Shown here in pieces: positions 24,401-37,545 of a stretch of 64,000 nt of DNA (positions within the stretch are counted from its first letter, which is position 1; every line of letters starts with the position of its first letter). This DNA comes from Mobula hypostoma (Eukaryota): contig NC_086097.1 of NCBI RefSeq assembly GCF_963921235.1, positions 60,514,001-60,578,000 on the forward strand. The letters are read 5' to 3'. A model generated the notes under the pieces. It did not search any database. It was given only the letters and a program-made list of their open reading frames with translations, and was not told the DNA's origin. A program made the position numbers and the translations under genes.

Positions 24401-25030
24401 AGTATCCAAACCGGTCTATTGAGGGGAATGGTCACAGGGTACTCTGTAGTGACTGCCCATTTCCCCTGTTCCCCTGAGCGTTACCTAATTACCTGTCTCT
24501 TGCAAGCTAGGGGTGACTACCTCCCTGAGGCTCTTGTCTATCACTTCCTCAGTTTACTGTATGAGCCAGATGTCATCAAACTGCAGCTGCAGTTCCTTAA
24601 CACGTTCTCTGAGGAGCTCAGCTCAGTGCACCTGGTGCAGATGTGGTTATCTGAGAGGCTGTAGCTTTTCCAGAGTTCCCATATTTAACACAAAGAACAT
24701 AACACAGCCCTTGGAGTCATTCTCACTATGCTCTAACAAATATGGAATGAAGAATAAAAAGGAAGAAGTTTACCAGAGCCAGGATTTATCTCACACAAGC
24801 CTGATTGCGCCTAAGCCTGATGAACCAAAACAAAAGTCTCTTTACTGTAACATTGGCCCTCTCCAACAATGGACACTTCACTTGCCCTGCCTTATTCTTA
24901 TTTGCACTTGCTAATGAATCCCATTCACTGATTGGCCAGAGTTCAAGCTCTGAAAACTGCCCTGAAACACTGTTTTTTTAATCTTCCATCGCAAACCCAT
25001 GTGAAACTGCCTCTTCTTCTCATGCTTCTG
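21420..25030 (-). mobile_element. Long CR1 LINE relic (5' UTR, ORF1 esterase, APE, RT)
   Basis: Minus-strand ORFs FDKVLH, KFADNMK, DFNIQVDW, NTYGIWNK..L; ORF1 Cys finger near 24580-24660. Confidence 0.88.
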
Positions 25031-25049
25031 TTCAGTGGCTGCTTTTCAA

Positions 25050-25520
25050 GCTCCTGTATGTCCTGTACCAACAGCAGGACAGGTACAAGAAAGGTTGCAG
25101 TCCCCTGGTGTACAATCAAGTTGCCGGAGTCTGAGACCAAATCTCAGATTCCAATGATATCTCCTGGCATAAGGACAAACATGTCCAAGGGGATAGCCAA
25201 CAGATTGCTATCTACAGTGCTATTATTTTAAGGACTGGGTATACCTTCAGTTTGAATATTATTTGGAAAAAATACCCATGAAGCCTGACAAACAACCTAT
25301 CTGAAATGGATCTCATTGACCATATTAAAGTTCATGTTCTTCTCTATCCATGCATTATGAATATAATGGCAGACCTTTACAAAATGGATGACAGCAATTT
25401 GCAAGGTTTTCGACAACAGTCCCTCCTATCAAGGTTAACTGCAGGCAATACATGGAAACATCACTCCCTGCAAGTTCCCCTCTAATTTACACATTAAGGT
25501 TGACATAAAAATACATTGCC
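25050..25520 (+). mobile_element. Very old CR1-group relic
   Basis: TATGTCCTGTACCAACAGCAGGACAG and CATCACTCCCTGCAAGTTCCCCTC resemble a recalled ancient CR1 endonuclease and 3' region. Confidence 0.35.
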
Positions 25521-25529
25521 ATTTAATGT

Positions 25530-26030
25530 TAGAGAACATAAAACAGTACAGCACAAGAACAAGCCCCTCAGACCACAATATTGGCTAAAATAATTAAGTT
25601 AGTAATCAAATGCCCAACTATACTAATCTGTCTGCCTAGACATAAGGTCCATATCCTTCTATTTCCAGCACATTCATGTCGTTATCTAATCCGCTATATA
25701 TTTCCCTCCACCACCATCTCAGGCAGTACATTCCAGGAACCCACAACTCTCTGTGTAAAATATTTGCTCCACAAATCTCCTTTGAAGTTACCACCTCACG
25801 TCTTAAATGCATGCCCTCTGGTGTTGGACATTTCAACACTGGGAAAAAGATATTGGCTGTCTACTCTGTCAATGCATCTCATAATCTTATAAAGTGCTAG
25901 CAGGTCTTCTTGCACCCTCAGCCTCTCAAATCAATCTAAGTCTGACCTACCTCTTGTTATAGTACATGCTCTCTAATCCAGGCAGTATCCTGGTAAACTT
26001 CTCCTGCATCACATTCAAGACTCATCATCC
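25530..26030 (-). mobile_element. CR1 3' fragment
   Basis: AGAACATA tail; FTQRVVGSWN motif on the minus strand. Confidence 0.8.
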
Positions 26031-26607
26031 TTCCTACAATGGATTTGGAATTGCAATTGGAATTGTAATTGAAGGAGAATAGGTAAAAACAGTAACAGAA
26101 TTCTGAATAAAGTGTAATAGCTAAAGAGAAATTGTACATAAACAATCATGACAAGATAGCTTGTGAGATTAAGAATATCATTTTTTGTAGCAGGGAATCA
26201 TTTGATAGCTTATACAGTCAGGTAAAAACTGTCCTTGAGCCTGGTGGTACATGCTTTCAGGCTTTTGTAACCCCTGCCTCGTGGCAGAGAGGAGAAGATG
26301 GGTCTGATGTGGGTGAGGTTTCTTGTTATGTTGGCTGCTTTACTGAGGTAGTGAGATGTATAGACAGAGTCTATGGAGGGGAGGTTGGCTTCTGTAATGC
26401 GTTGAGCTATGTTCATAACTCTGCAGTTTCTTGTGGTCATGAGATCAGCATCCAGTTAGGAAATTGTTAAGCATTGATGGATACGTGCGTGCATTGATGA
26501 ACTTTGTTGGCCATTGCATTTACATGGTTGGACCAGGATAGGATATTGATGATGTTCACTCCTAGCAATGTGACCCTCTGAACCTCAAAACCATTGATGT
26601 AGACAGG

Positions 26608-27275
26608 ACACGAGGAAATCTGCAGATGCTGGAAATTCAAGAAACACACACAAAATGCTGGTGAACACAGCAGGCCAGGCAGCATCCATAGGAAGAGGTA
26701 CAGTCGATGTTTCAGGCCGAGACCCTTCGTCAGGACTAACTGAAAGAAGAGCTAGTAACAGATTTGAGAGGGGGAGGGGGAGATCCGAAATGATAGGAGG
26801 AGGGGGAGGGATGGAGCCAAGAGCTGGACATTTGATTGACAAAAGGGATACAAGGCTGGAGAAGGAAGAGGATCATGTGATGGGAGGCCTAGGGAGAAAG
26901 AAAGGGGGAGGGGAGAACCAGAGGAAGATATAGTGAGAGGGACAGAGGGAGAAAAAAGAGAGAGAAATAAAGGGGGGGGAATAAATAAATAAACAAACAA
27001 ACAAATAAATAACGGATGGGGTAAGAAGAGGCGGAGGGGCATTAACGGAAGTTAGAGAAGTCAATGTTCATGCCATCAGGTTGGAAGCTACCCAGACGGA
27101 ATATAAGGTGTTGTTCCTCCAACCTGAGTATGGCCTCATCTTGACAGTAGAAGAGGCTGTGGATAGACATGTCAGAATGGGAATGGGACATGGAATTAGA
27201 ATGTGTGGCCACTGGGAGATCCTGCTTTCTCTGGAGGGCAGAGCGTAGGTGTTCAGTGAAACGGTCTCCCAGTCG
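26608..27275 (-). mobile_element. Penelope-like element 3' part (GIY-YIG C-terminus, 3' UTR, hammerhead)
   Basis: RLGDRFTEHLRS...LPVATH...RLEEQHLIFRLGSFQPDGMNIDF. Confidence 0.9.
26702..26737 (-). ncRNA. Minimal hammerhead ribozyme motif
   Basis: Minus strand AGTC-CTGACGA-AGG GTCTCGG CCT-GAAA-C-ATC-GACT. Confidence 0.7.
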
Positions 27276-27466
27276 ACAGTACACTGTCCTCTTTCTTGAA
27301 GACAATGACTAGCACTTTTATTTTGTTGACATTAAGGGAAAGGATCCTTTCATGTTTGAATCCTAAAATTCATGACCCAACATACTTCAAGAATCATCAC
27401 CTCCACATGAAATTAGAGTTTGTCCTTGCTGATAATGTGCATGCTCTGTAAATGATGCCAAACATA

Positions 27467-27950
27467 CGAGGGGTGATTGATAAGTTCATGGCCTAAGGTA
27501 GAAGGAGTCAATTTTAGAAAACCTAGCACATTTATTTTTCAACATAGCCCCCTCCTACATTTACACACTTAGTCCAGTGGTCGTAGAGCATACAGATCCC
27601 TTCTTTGTAGAATTGGTCCACAGCAGGGGTGATTGATAAGTTCATGGCCTAAGGCAGAAGGAGATGAGTTATACAGCTCTTGTTACATGCATGTGCTGTT
27701 CAACTCTTTGAAAGAAAATGCAGAAAGTTTGAAGATAATAACTCATTTTCTACCTTAGGCCACAAACTTATCAATAACTACAGTTGTGGACCACTTTCTG
27801 GAGGTCTAAGATGCTGACTTCTACAAAGAAGGGATCCGTATGCTCCACGACCACTAGACTAAATGGGTAACTGTAGGAAAAATAAATATGTTAGGTTTTC
27901 TAAAATTGACCCCTTCTACCTTAGGCCACAGACTTATCAATCACCCCTTG
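27467..27950. mobile_element. Mariner-derived palindromic MITE
   Basis: TA TSD; long TIRs starting CGAGGGGTGATTGATAAGT; transposase C-terminus FYKEGI..L..HWTKCVNVGG.YVEK in both arms. Confidence 0.9.
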
Positions 27951-29060
27951 TATATTTAGAATACTTTACCATATTTCCTGATGACTGCTTTATATTGGAG
28001 AGTATTGTTTTTATTCTTTCCCACAAGTGAAGACATTTCCCCTGGCTTCAATCTATCAAAGATTCTCTTGATTTCATAGGCTTCTGCTAGATCAATGTTC
28101 AACCTTCTTTCTTCAAGAGAAGGGAAAACACATGTTCAACTTTCTTCATGGGTGTTTTGTTTTCCATCAGTTTTCATCTCTGCATATCTTTCTCGTACCC
28201 TTTCCAGTGTCTCTATATTCACTATAAAATATTGTAACCAGAATTGCTCATGGTATTCCTTAGTATCTAAAGAAGATTCAATATAATTTTATATGAACTT
28301 TTCATCATTTCAGTTTATTATAGTATTTAAAAGAAGTGTTGTGACAGTCCATTATAAAAACTTATTAGTTCCTACTTCCATCGTTTTTCTTGGCTTCTGC
28401 GCACACTTAACCAATTAATGAAGCAGTTGGATGAGGGTGTGGATATCTGTGTTTGTGTTCTCACCTAAGCTGCATCTACAATATAGATTAGGCCATTGGG
28501 GTTGACAGCTACCTGCAACAAATTGGTAGTACACTATAATTGCAGTGCTTGTCTGCAGCAACTGCTGTATAGTCAGTATGTGCCTGCCACACAAACAATA
28601 AACGAGCAAATCTTCCACTTGGACAGATCTAACAAGTATTGGATACATATTATAGAAGAGTCCACCCATGGATTGTGATTATCCATTATAAAATGCATTT
28701 AAAATCTCTCTAAACTTTCTCTGAGACATATTTCTGGCATTATATATTGGGAGAACCATAGGAGAACTCCTCTCCTGTAATTTCACCTTTGCATATTCTA
28801 TTCCGTGCTCTTAGGAATTAATAATAATCTCTTGAATGAAGCAGGGAAGCATTGATTTTACTCTCTGTGTAATTTTACAATTAAACATGGGAACAGGAGT
28901 GGACTAGTCAACCCCTTGGTTTGCCAGTTAATGAGACATGGGTGAGTACTGATCTAACTCTACGTTAAATTACACTTTTGTCAGACAAAAATCCATCAAT
29001 TTCAGATTAAAAATTAATAATTATGCTGTCATCAGTGGAATTGACATCTTAAGTTGTGAA

Positions 29061-29315
29061 CCACGGTAGCATCATGTTTAGCTCAGCAGTATTCCAGAGT
29101 TCAATTCTGATGCCATCTGTAAGGAGTCTGTACGTCCTCTCTGTGAGATGCATGAGTCTTCTCTAGGTGATCCGGTTTCCTCCCATAGATCACAGTTGCA
29201 CTGGGTAGATTAATTTGTCATTGTAAATGGTCACTGTATAGCTTAGACTAAATCAGTTTCATCAGGGGCTTCTGAGGCAGCATGACCCAAAGAGATTTAA
29301 AGACCTGCTCTGTGC
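29061..29315 (+). mobile_element. tRNA-derived V-SINE (HE1-like)
   Basis: A-box-like CACGGTAGC, B-box GAGTTCAATTC, V-core CCGGTTTCCTCCCA. Confidence 0.72.
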
Positions 29316-30240
29316 TTATGTCCTGCTCATTCAGCCACAGCTTTCTAAATTCGATTGAATATTATTCTTTGTGTAATCTCTCCATGTAATTTAACCATTA
29401 GAATCCAGGTACAGACGGAACCGTAATAATACCTACAGCATCCTGTTACAAAGACATTATAACTGAAATAGGAATTCATCACTTTTACGTTTAACTATTA
29501 TATTAAATCTAAATGACAGAGCTAATAGGAAATTCTTGATACTCTGAATTTTCTTTAATAAATTATTTACATTTTTACTGTATGTTTAGGAAACAAAATG
29601 CACTTACTTAAAGTTCATGGAACCTCAGAAATGTAATGGTATTACATAGTAATTCTGGCAGTGCATTGATATGTGTTGGCAGCTTTGTGCAACAGGGCCA
29701 AACTGACGACATCCCAAGAGAGTCAATGCAAGATCTAATTTTCCTGGACGTCTGTTAACTTTATATTTTTTTAATTCAACACAGTACTTTGTGCTAAGGG
29801 TACTAAAACCTAATGAAATGTTTGCAATATTTACATATTCTGCCGTGATTCATTCCCTTTGAACTCATTAAAGTGGAGCAGAGAAAGTATGTTGGATACA
29901 TAATATTTATTCTATTATATATTTTCTAACAGACTAATTTGGTTGATTATTCTGTGTTTGGAAAGTCACAAACAAAACTGAATCTCATTTCTTTGGTGGA
30001 TGAAACTTTTGACACCAAGCACCCTTGTTTCCAATATTGTACAGGGAACTCTTCTACCTGATAAATGTGAGTTCAGATTCATTTGGCATGTCCCATCAAA
30101 ACATAAAACAGTAAAATCAAATTGCCAGTACCTTTATAATTACATCCAATAGCCATCCAAACAGCTTCAAAAGATTATCCCGCTCTTTGTGCCCATGACA
30201 TTTCTGGGAAATTTCTGAGAAGGGAGATCCAACATGGAGT

Positions 30241-30808
30241 TGTTGTTGCATGAATGAAATCACTGGAGAGAGAGTTACTGGTAGATACAAAGCAGCTTCT
30301 TTATTTGACAAAACAAGGTACAGCAGGCATACGGAGACCCTTTTGGTGGAAAGGTCTGCTGCCCAATATGGGGCTCGATATTTATTTGCTACATACAAAG
30401 GACAAATCCATATTTACAAAGTATAGACAATGCTTTCTTTTGAAGCTCCATACAAACTTCACACCTCCCGATTACATCCCTCCGCCGGCGCCAACAGCAT
30501 TTGGACTGGTATTCAGGAATCCATTGTTCCAAACTGAATCCACAATACAATTATTTGGTATTTTACGTGCTTAACATGAAGGACAATCCATATTTACAAA
30601 GTATAGGTAATGCTGCCTTTGAAACTACATGCAAACTTCACACCTCCTGGTTTACTCCACAGACACCAGCAGCATCTGGACTGGTGTTCCCGTATTCACA
30701 GCTTTTAGGAAATGCATTGTTACAACCTAAAAATCATCAATAAACAGAAGACTGGTGGCCAAAGCCATTTGCTAGGTTTAGGACCTAAACCGAAAAATTA
30801 CTCTAACA
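30241..30808 (-). mobile_element. Solo LTR
   Basis: TGTT...AACA ends, AATAAA on minus near 30300, internal direct duplication (30401 and 30581), near-TSD GAGT/GAAT. Confidence 0.7.
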
Positions 30809-31564
30809 GAATAATTTGTGAAAGGCAGAGGTAAATGGAGTTGTTTCAGACTGGAATATGTGGAATCATGCAATCCCTAGTGACGGTCCTACAAAGTAAT
30901 GAGTAATTAGGGCCCACATTTGCATTGATGTTACTGTTAACCAAAATAATCTCTTTGAGGAATTACAATACATGGGCTTGTTCTTTATAATGTAAAGCTA
31001 ACTATCTCACATTAAGCATCGTCGATAGAAAGACTCATTGTGATGTGACATGTATCAATGACTGAAAAAAATGACATTGGTTATGTCTCACTATTCTATT
31101 ATTGACATGCTTCACGGTTAACCCACTGCAGCTGAATGGTTACATTGTCTGATACCCATTTGGTTTCAGATCCATTTATATCTAAAATAATTCTCTTACT
31201 GGCAATGGACAGCACTATGATTTGAAGTCAAGGACAATACATTAAAGACCAACAAGCCTACAATTGAAAACAAAGATTTAGTGCTGTTAATGACACAGAG
31301 AACATGGGGAAAGATTTGCAGTGTGCTACATTCGTTTTTGTGTTGTAGGGTAAGTGTAATATTTCACAGTTGGATACCCTGCATCTCTTGTGTAAGCATT
31401 AGTTCTATTTTTAAATTTGTATATTTGCTCTATTAATTAGGCTAATGTCAGAGCAATTCATGATTATGTAATCCTTATGAACAGGGCAGGCATTGGGTCT
31501 GGATCTTCAGAAGTCTCCACCGTGACTGTCACAATGTGGTAGTTGGGATTTTTTGAAATAATAT

Positions 31565-33090
31565 AGCCATAGAGTCATAGAGCTCTACAGCAAAGAAAAG
31601 AGCCCTTTGACCCACTGAGTCCATGCCAAATTATTACTCTGCCTAGTTCCATCAACCCGCACCTGGGGCAAAGCCCTCACAGCCTTCCTATCCATGTACC
31701 TTTCCAAATTTCTCTTAAATGTTAAAATCAAACACACATCCACCAATTCCGTTGGCACCTTGTTCCACACTCTCACTGCCCTCTGGGTGAAGAAAATCCC
31801 CCTTGTGTTCCCCATAAACATTTTATCTTTTACTCTTAACCCATGAGCTCTAGTTCTAGTTTCACCCAATTTCAGTGGAAATAGCCCACTTGCATTTGCC
31901 TATTCATGCCCCACATAAATCCGCTTGAAGGAATAAAGTACTAACTTATTCAACCTGTCTCTATAATTCATGTCCTGAAATCCTGGAATCATCCTTGTAA
32001 TTTTTTATTTTCATTCTTTCAATCTTATTGTTATCTTTCCTGTAGGTATGTGAGCAGAACAGGACGCAATACTCCAAATTAGGCCTCTCCAACATCTTAT
32101 ACAACTTCACATAACATCCCATCTCCTGCAGTCAATGCATTGATTTAGGAAGGCCAATATGCCAAAAGCTTTCTTTATGACTCTATCTACCTGTGCTGCT
32201 ACTTTTAAAGGCTTATGAATCGGTGTTCTCCGATTCCTCTGTTCTACCACACTCCTCAGTACCCAAACATTCACAACGTAAGTCCTACCTTATTTTGTCC
32301 TCCCAAAACGCAACACCTCAGATTTGCCTGCATTAAATTCCATCTGCCATTTTTAGCCTATCTTTCTAGCTAGCCCAGATCTCGCTGCATGATTTGATAG
32401 CCTTCCTTGCAGTCCACTACATCCCCAATCTTAGTGTCATCCACAAATTTGCTGATTCAGTTAACTACATTATCATCCAGATCATTGATATAGATAGCCA
32501 ACAATAATACACCCAGCATTGATACCTGTGGCACCCCAGTAGTCACAAGCCTCTAGTCAGAGAGGCAACCATCTATGACAACTCTCTGGCTTCTCCCACT
32601 AACCAGTGTCTAATCCAATTTACTACCACATCTTGAATGTCAAGTGACAGAACCTTTTCAATCAACCTCCCATGCGGGACAGACCTTGTTTGAGGCTTTG
32701 CTAAAGTCTATGCACACAACATCCTCTGCCTCGTGTTCATCCATTTCCCTGGTAACTTACTCAAAAAACACTAAGATTGGTTGGACATGACCTACTATGC
32801 ACAAAACTATGTCAGCTATCCTGAATTCTCCCTTTTTGTCCAAATACGTATACAGTATAATAGGTCCTTTAGAATATCACCCAATAACTTACCCACCACA
32901 GATGTCAGGTTCACCACCATCTCATTTCCTGCCTTATTCTTGGAGCCTTTCTTAAACAACGAAACAATATTAAGTATCCTCCAATCCTCTGACACCTTAT
33001 CCATTTTTAAGGATGTTGTAAATACTTCTGCTACAAGGACCCACAAGGTCTGATGGAACTACATGTAAGACCAAGGGATTTATCCACCCT
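31565..33090 (-). mobile_element. CR1 LINE, 5'-truncated
   Basis: (CATAGAG)n tail, FFTQRAVRVWN, KFVDDTK, LTSVVGKLL. Confidence 0.88.
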
Positions 33091-33169
33091 AATTTTTCTT
33101 AAGATAGCATAAGATTATAAAATCATAAGATATAGGAGCAGAATTTGGCCAAAACGATCCAAAAATATA

Positions 33170-33510
33170 GAGCCGTCCCTACTGAACATATTCCTTAGCC
33201 ACACGTCGAACTGTATGAGCTTCCTATTTCACTAGCATGTGGCATAGGTAGCGATCCTGAGATCACAACCCTGGAAATCCTGTCCTTTAACTTAGAACTT
33301 AACTCCTTAAACTCATTTAGAGGACCTTGTCACCTTCCTACCCCTGTCATTGGTACCTACATCCTATTGTTGCACACTCATTGCTTGATCCGAGATGCCC
33401 ATGACCCTAGCTCCCAGGAGGCAACATGCCATTTAGGAATCCCATTTCTGTCCACAGAACCTCCAATCTATTCCCCTAACCATTGAAACCCCCTCACTAC
33501 AGCTCAACTC
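33170..33510 (-). mobile_element. CR1 ORF1 esterase fragment
   Basis: Homologous to 24010-24300 and 45500-45800. Confidence 0.65.
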
Positions 33511-33644
33511 TGCATCTCCACTGCTCCAATTGTGCAATAAGATAGAAGTATTAAATAAAAAAATCTACCTACAGTCTTTATCTCTCCTCGCTAAAGCCTC
33601 TAAAAACCAAAGCCTCAACTACCCACACGAACTGAGCTATAAAT

Positions 33645-33860
33645 AAAGTTCAAGGTTCAAAGTAAACTTATTATCAAAGTACATATACAATGTGTCACTG
33701 TATGCTACCCTGGGATTCATTTTCTTGTGGGCATTCACAATAAATATAAAGAAACACAAAAGAGTCAATGAAAAACTGCACACAAGATGATAATGTACAA
33801 AAGACAACAAAACTGCAAATACAAAAAAACAAACAAATAATAATAATAAATAAAGGCAGT
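33645..33860 (-). mobile_element. Rex1/L2-type LINE 3' tail
   Basis: GTTCAAAGTAAACTTATTATCAAAGT tail shared with 19115, 48195 and 59280. Confidence 0.7.
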
Positions 33861-34033
33861 AGAACACAAACCAAAGGGAGTTTGACAGACAGACAATACA
33901 ATGCTCATTTATTCCTCATCACCAAGATGAAATTTTACTCCCACTTTGAAAAATTGAAGGTTAATATGGTTTATTCGTTATGTATTGTGTTGTATGACCA
34001 GGAGTATTCTTGACAATTTTTTCTATAAAAGCG

Positions 34034-34325
34034 GCATCATGTAAAGACACTGCCTTCTTCTGGGCAGTGTCTTTACAAGATGCATGACCCCAGCCATTAT
34101 CAATACTCTTCAGAGATTGTCTGGCTGGTATCAGAGGTCACATAACCAGGACTTGCGATAAGCACTAGCTGTTCATATGACTATGTACCACCTGCCCCCC
34201 ACGGCATCACGTGACTCTGACCGCGGGGCTAAGCAGATGCTACACATCACCCAAGGGTGACCTGGAGAGAAGGAGTACCTTACACCTCTTTTGCTAGAGA
34301 CATATCCCCACCCCACCAACCAGAA
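34034..34325 (-). mobile_element. RTE-related SINE-like repeat fragment ending in a hairpin
   Basis: Minus strand ...TCTTGTAAAGACACTGCCCAGAAGAAGGCA resembles recalled RTE-type 3' sequence. Confidence 0.5.
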
Positions 34326-35859
34326 GGTTAATATATTACAGTAAATAAATATTCAATATAGAGAATGGAAAAGTTTACCATATATATTAATAATTTACAG
34401 TAACTCTATCTTACAGCAAGTCCTCGTCTCAGTGCTCAGTGAACAAGGCACTCTGCAGGAGCAGACCATTTGTGCAGTGGAAGGCACAGAGTTAACTTTC
34501 ACTGCTACCTGGCATCTATCCCTTCGAATAACTTTAAGAAATGTCAGAAGCAGCATTGCCACTTCCTAAAATTCCCTAAATAGCAGCAATTATTTTTATC
34601 ATTCTTGATAAGGTTAGAGGATCACTGACATTCCTACAAATTTACAAATGGAGCCTAATGTACATAGATTAACGAATCTTCTGTTTAACTTAGTGTGCTG
34701 CCTTAATTGGCCATTGTTAGGATCCACTAAAATGGTTATAGTTTGGTTCTGCTTTGTCTTCTGACATTTGGAAAGAGTTAACCCCCCCCCATTGATTTTT
34801 CTAAACCTTTATTTATCTACTTACCATTTAGTGCATTTTGGTTTGTGTTCTTCTTGAAATGCATCAATTCACATTTCTGTTACGAATTTCACTTGGCACC
34901 CATTTGCTTCAGTCATTCATCTGGCTGTATCTTCCCATGATCACAAATAATTGTTTTCAGGTTCAGATGCATCTTGTTTTAATTTTGTCTGTAAACATAG
35001 CTACGGTAACTTCTTTATCAAAGTCTGTATCACTTACCTTAAGAAAAATACATCTATCACTGAACTCACGGATATAGAGGTCTGAATCTTTTTAGCCTCA
35101 ATAATATTAATCAATCAAAACTTTCTCTTTGTTCTCAGTAAATCTCATTTTGGTGGCAATAAAAGAATATTTGCAAGAGCAGTAGTTTTTTTTTCCACTG
35201 TTCTTTTAGTTAAATATCCAGATCTGTGATATGCAATTGAAAAGTTAAACAGGACCTTGGATTAATCTGCATCAAAAAAAGTCGCATTCTGAATGTCAGA
35301 TTGATAATGGTATTGAGATCTAAGTGCAGGATCATTTCTCATAAACGACTGATCTGGAAGTCACACACACATAAAATGTTTCGGGTAATGATTACATCTT
35401 AAAGTATATGCCCAGGAAGCAGGCTATGCTCTCCATGCACTACTCACATGGTCCCAGATGGAATATTTGGATCTTTGGTGCAGAATCTTCATTCAAGGGA
35501 GGCAGGCAGACAGATACTCACTGGTTGCAGTTATCTTTGTACGGGACATTGGACGTCCATTAACTGATACAGCCTAAAGGTGACATAAGCGCTTAAATAG
35601 GAGATGAAACCTGGCGTAGACTGGAGGAAACTAGCGGTAAGGAGTAAGCCAGACTCATACTCTACATGGAAAACAAAGAACACTACAGATGGTGTGAAGC
35701 ATCAGTGCTGATGAAGCACCTTTGACTTGAAAGAGTTTTCCACAGATGCTGTGTGACAGGCTGAGTTCTTTTAACATTACTGCTTGTGCTGAAACTCTAC
35801 TTAATGAGCATGCCATCCTTCAGCTGCTATTTGTGCCTAATCTCAGCTTTGCCCAAAAG

Positions 35860-36320
35860 AATATAGAACATAGAACATAGAAATCTACAGCACATTACAT
35901 GGTCTTCGGCCTGCAATGTTTAGCTGACCATGTAACCTACTCTAGAAGCTGCTTAGAATTATCCTACTGCATGGCCCTCGACTTTTCTAAACTCCATATA
36001 CCTACCTCTCTTAAAAGACCCTATCGTATCCACCTCTACCACTGTCACTGGCAGTGCATTCCTCATACTCACCACTCTCTGTGTGAAAAACTGTGTGACA
36101 TTCCCTCCGCTCCTGCTTCCAAGCACCTTAAAATTATGTCCTCTCATGTTAGCAATTTCAACCCTGGGAAAAATGCCTCTGGCTATCCACATGATCAATG
36201 CCTCTCATCATCTTCCATACCTCTATTAAGTCACTTCTTATCCTCTGTCGCTCCAAGGAGAAAAGGACAAATTCACTTAATCTATTCTCATAACACACAC
36301 TCTTCAATCCAGGCAAAAAG
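35860..36320 (-). mobile_element. CR1 3' fragment
   Basis: (ATAGAAC)n tail; FFTQRVVSMRNALP. Confidence 0.85.
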
Positions 36321-36474
36321 AATTTTATGAAATTCACCAGTTGTCAGCTCTGTGATTTCCATAACATGCAGGATAGGCTTGGAGACAGATAGACCCAGAT
36401 TAAATTCCATGTGTCTTAATAGAATGAAAATATTGTTGGCTGTCAACAGGTAAGTGATCCACTGAAAATGGAAT

Positions 36475-37545
36475 TGGAGTTAGTTTATTATTGTCACATG
36501 TACTGAGATACCATGAAAGGTTTGCCTTACTATTTGTACAAATCAAATCATTACACAGAGCATTGAAGAAGAATGCATAGTAGACTGTAACAGTTACAGA
36601 GAAAAGTGCAGGTAAACAATAACAAGGTAGCCTGTGAGGTCAAGATTTCATCTTATCATACTAGGAACCAACCATTCAATAATCTTACATCAGCAAGGTG
36701 AAAGCTGTCATTGAGTCTGTTTGTTAAGTGCTTTCAGGGTTTTGTATCTTCTGTCAAATGGAAGATGGGAGAAGAGCCAATGACAAGGGTGCGTGGGATA
36801 TTTGATTTTGCAGCAGCAGAGAGAAGTATAGAGAGTCTCCATGGTCGGAGGCTGGCTTTGATGATGTGCTTAACTGTGTCTACAACTCTCTCCAGTTTCT
36901 TATGGTCACACGCAGAGCAGCTGCTTTGCCAAGCTATTATGCATCCAGAAAGGATGCTTGGATAAAAATCAAGAGGGTCAGAAGTAGAGGAGTTGGTGAG
37001 TTTTCTTGTCCAAGATATCAACGTAGCTGAACCTGGACAGGCTATTGAGAACTTGAAGCTTTCAAGCCTCTCAACCGTTCATATAAAGAGGAGTGAGCTC
37101 TGCTCCTCTTCCTGAAGATGGTGGCCAGCTCTTTTATCTTGCTGACATTGAGATAGATGTTGTTGCCATGGCACCACATTCTTAAGCTATTTCCTTCATG
37201 TACTCCAACTCTTCATTATTTAAGAAACGACCCACTACAGTGGCATCATCTGTAAATTTGCAGATGGAGTTAAACAATAATCTGGCCACACAGTCTTTAA
37301 GGAGTAAAGTAGGGGGCTAAGGATGCAACCTTGTGGAGCCCCAGTGTTTAGAATAATTGTGCCGGAGGTGTTGTTGCCTCTTCTTCTCTCCTTACTTATT
37401 GTGGTCTGTTGGCCAAGGCCCTAATTATAAAGGGAGAAGTTGACTTTCAGGGTCCAGAGTTTGCTGATGAGCTTGCTTGGAGTTAAAGTATGAAGGTGGA
37501 TCTGTGTTCAATAAACAAACATCTGACAGAGGTTCCTTTGCTGTT
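36475..37545 (-). mobile_element. Rex1/L2-type LINE relic
   Basis: SILSGCIIAW...KKLERVV, KFTDDATVVG. Confidence 0.75.

Larger units (their letters stand above)
26050..27350 (-). mobile_element. Rex1/L2-type LINE fragment interrupted by a Penelope tail
   Basis: ORF ...LPSIDSVYTSH...TTRLKDSFY; LLGVNI..LSWSNH. Confidence 0.75.

Noticed and set aside
23930..24664. 244-aa plus-strand ORF
   Set aside because: It is the antisense frame of a minus-strand CR1 ORF1 relic
29061..29130. tRNA gene
   Set aside because: The A/B boxes belong to a SINE head; no cloverleaf
35700..35800. CTGATGA...GAAA hammerhead-like motif
   Set aside because: Probably a very old Penelope tail; stems and cleavage triplet are not preserved
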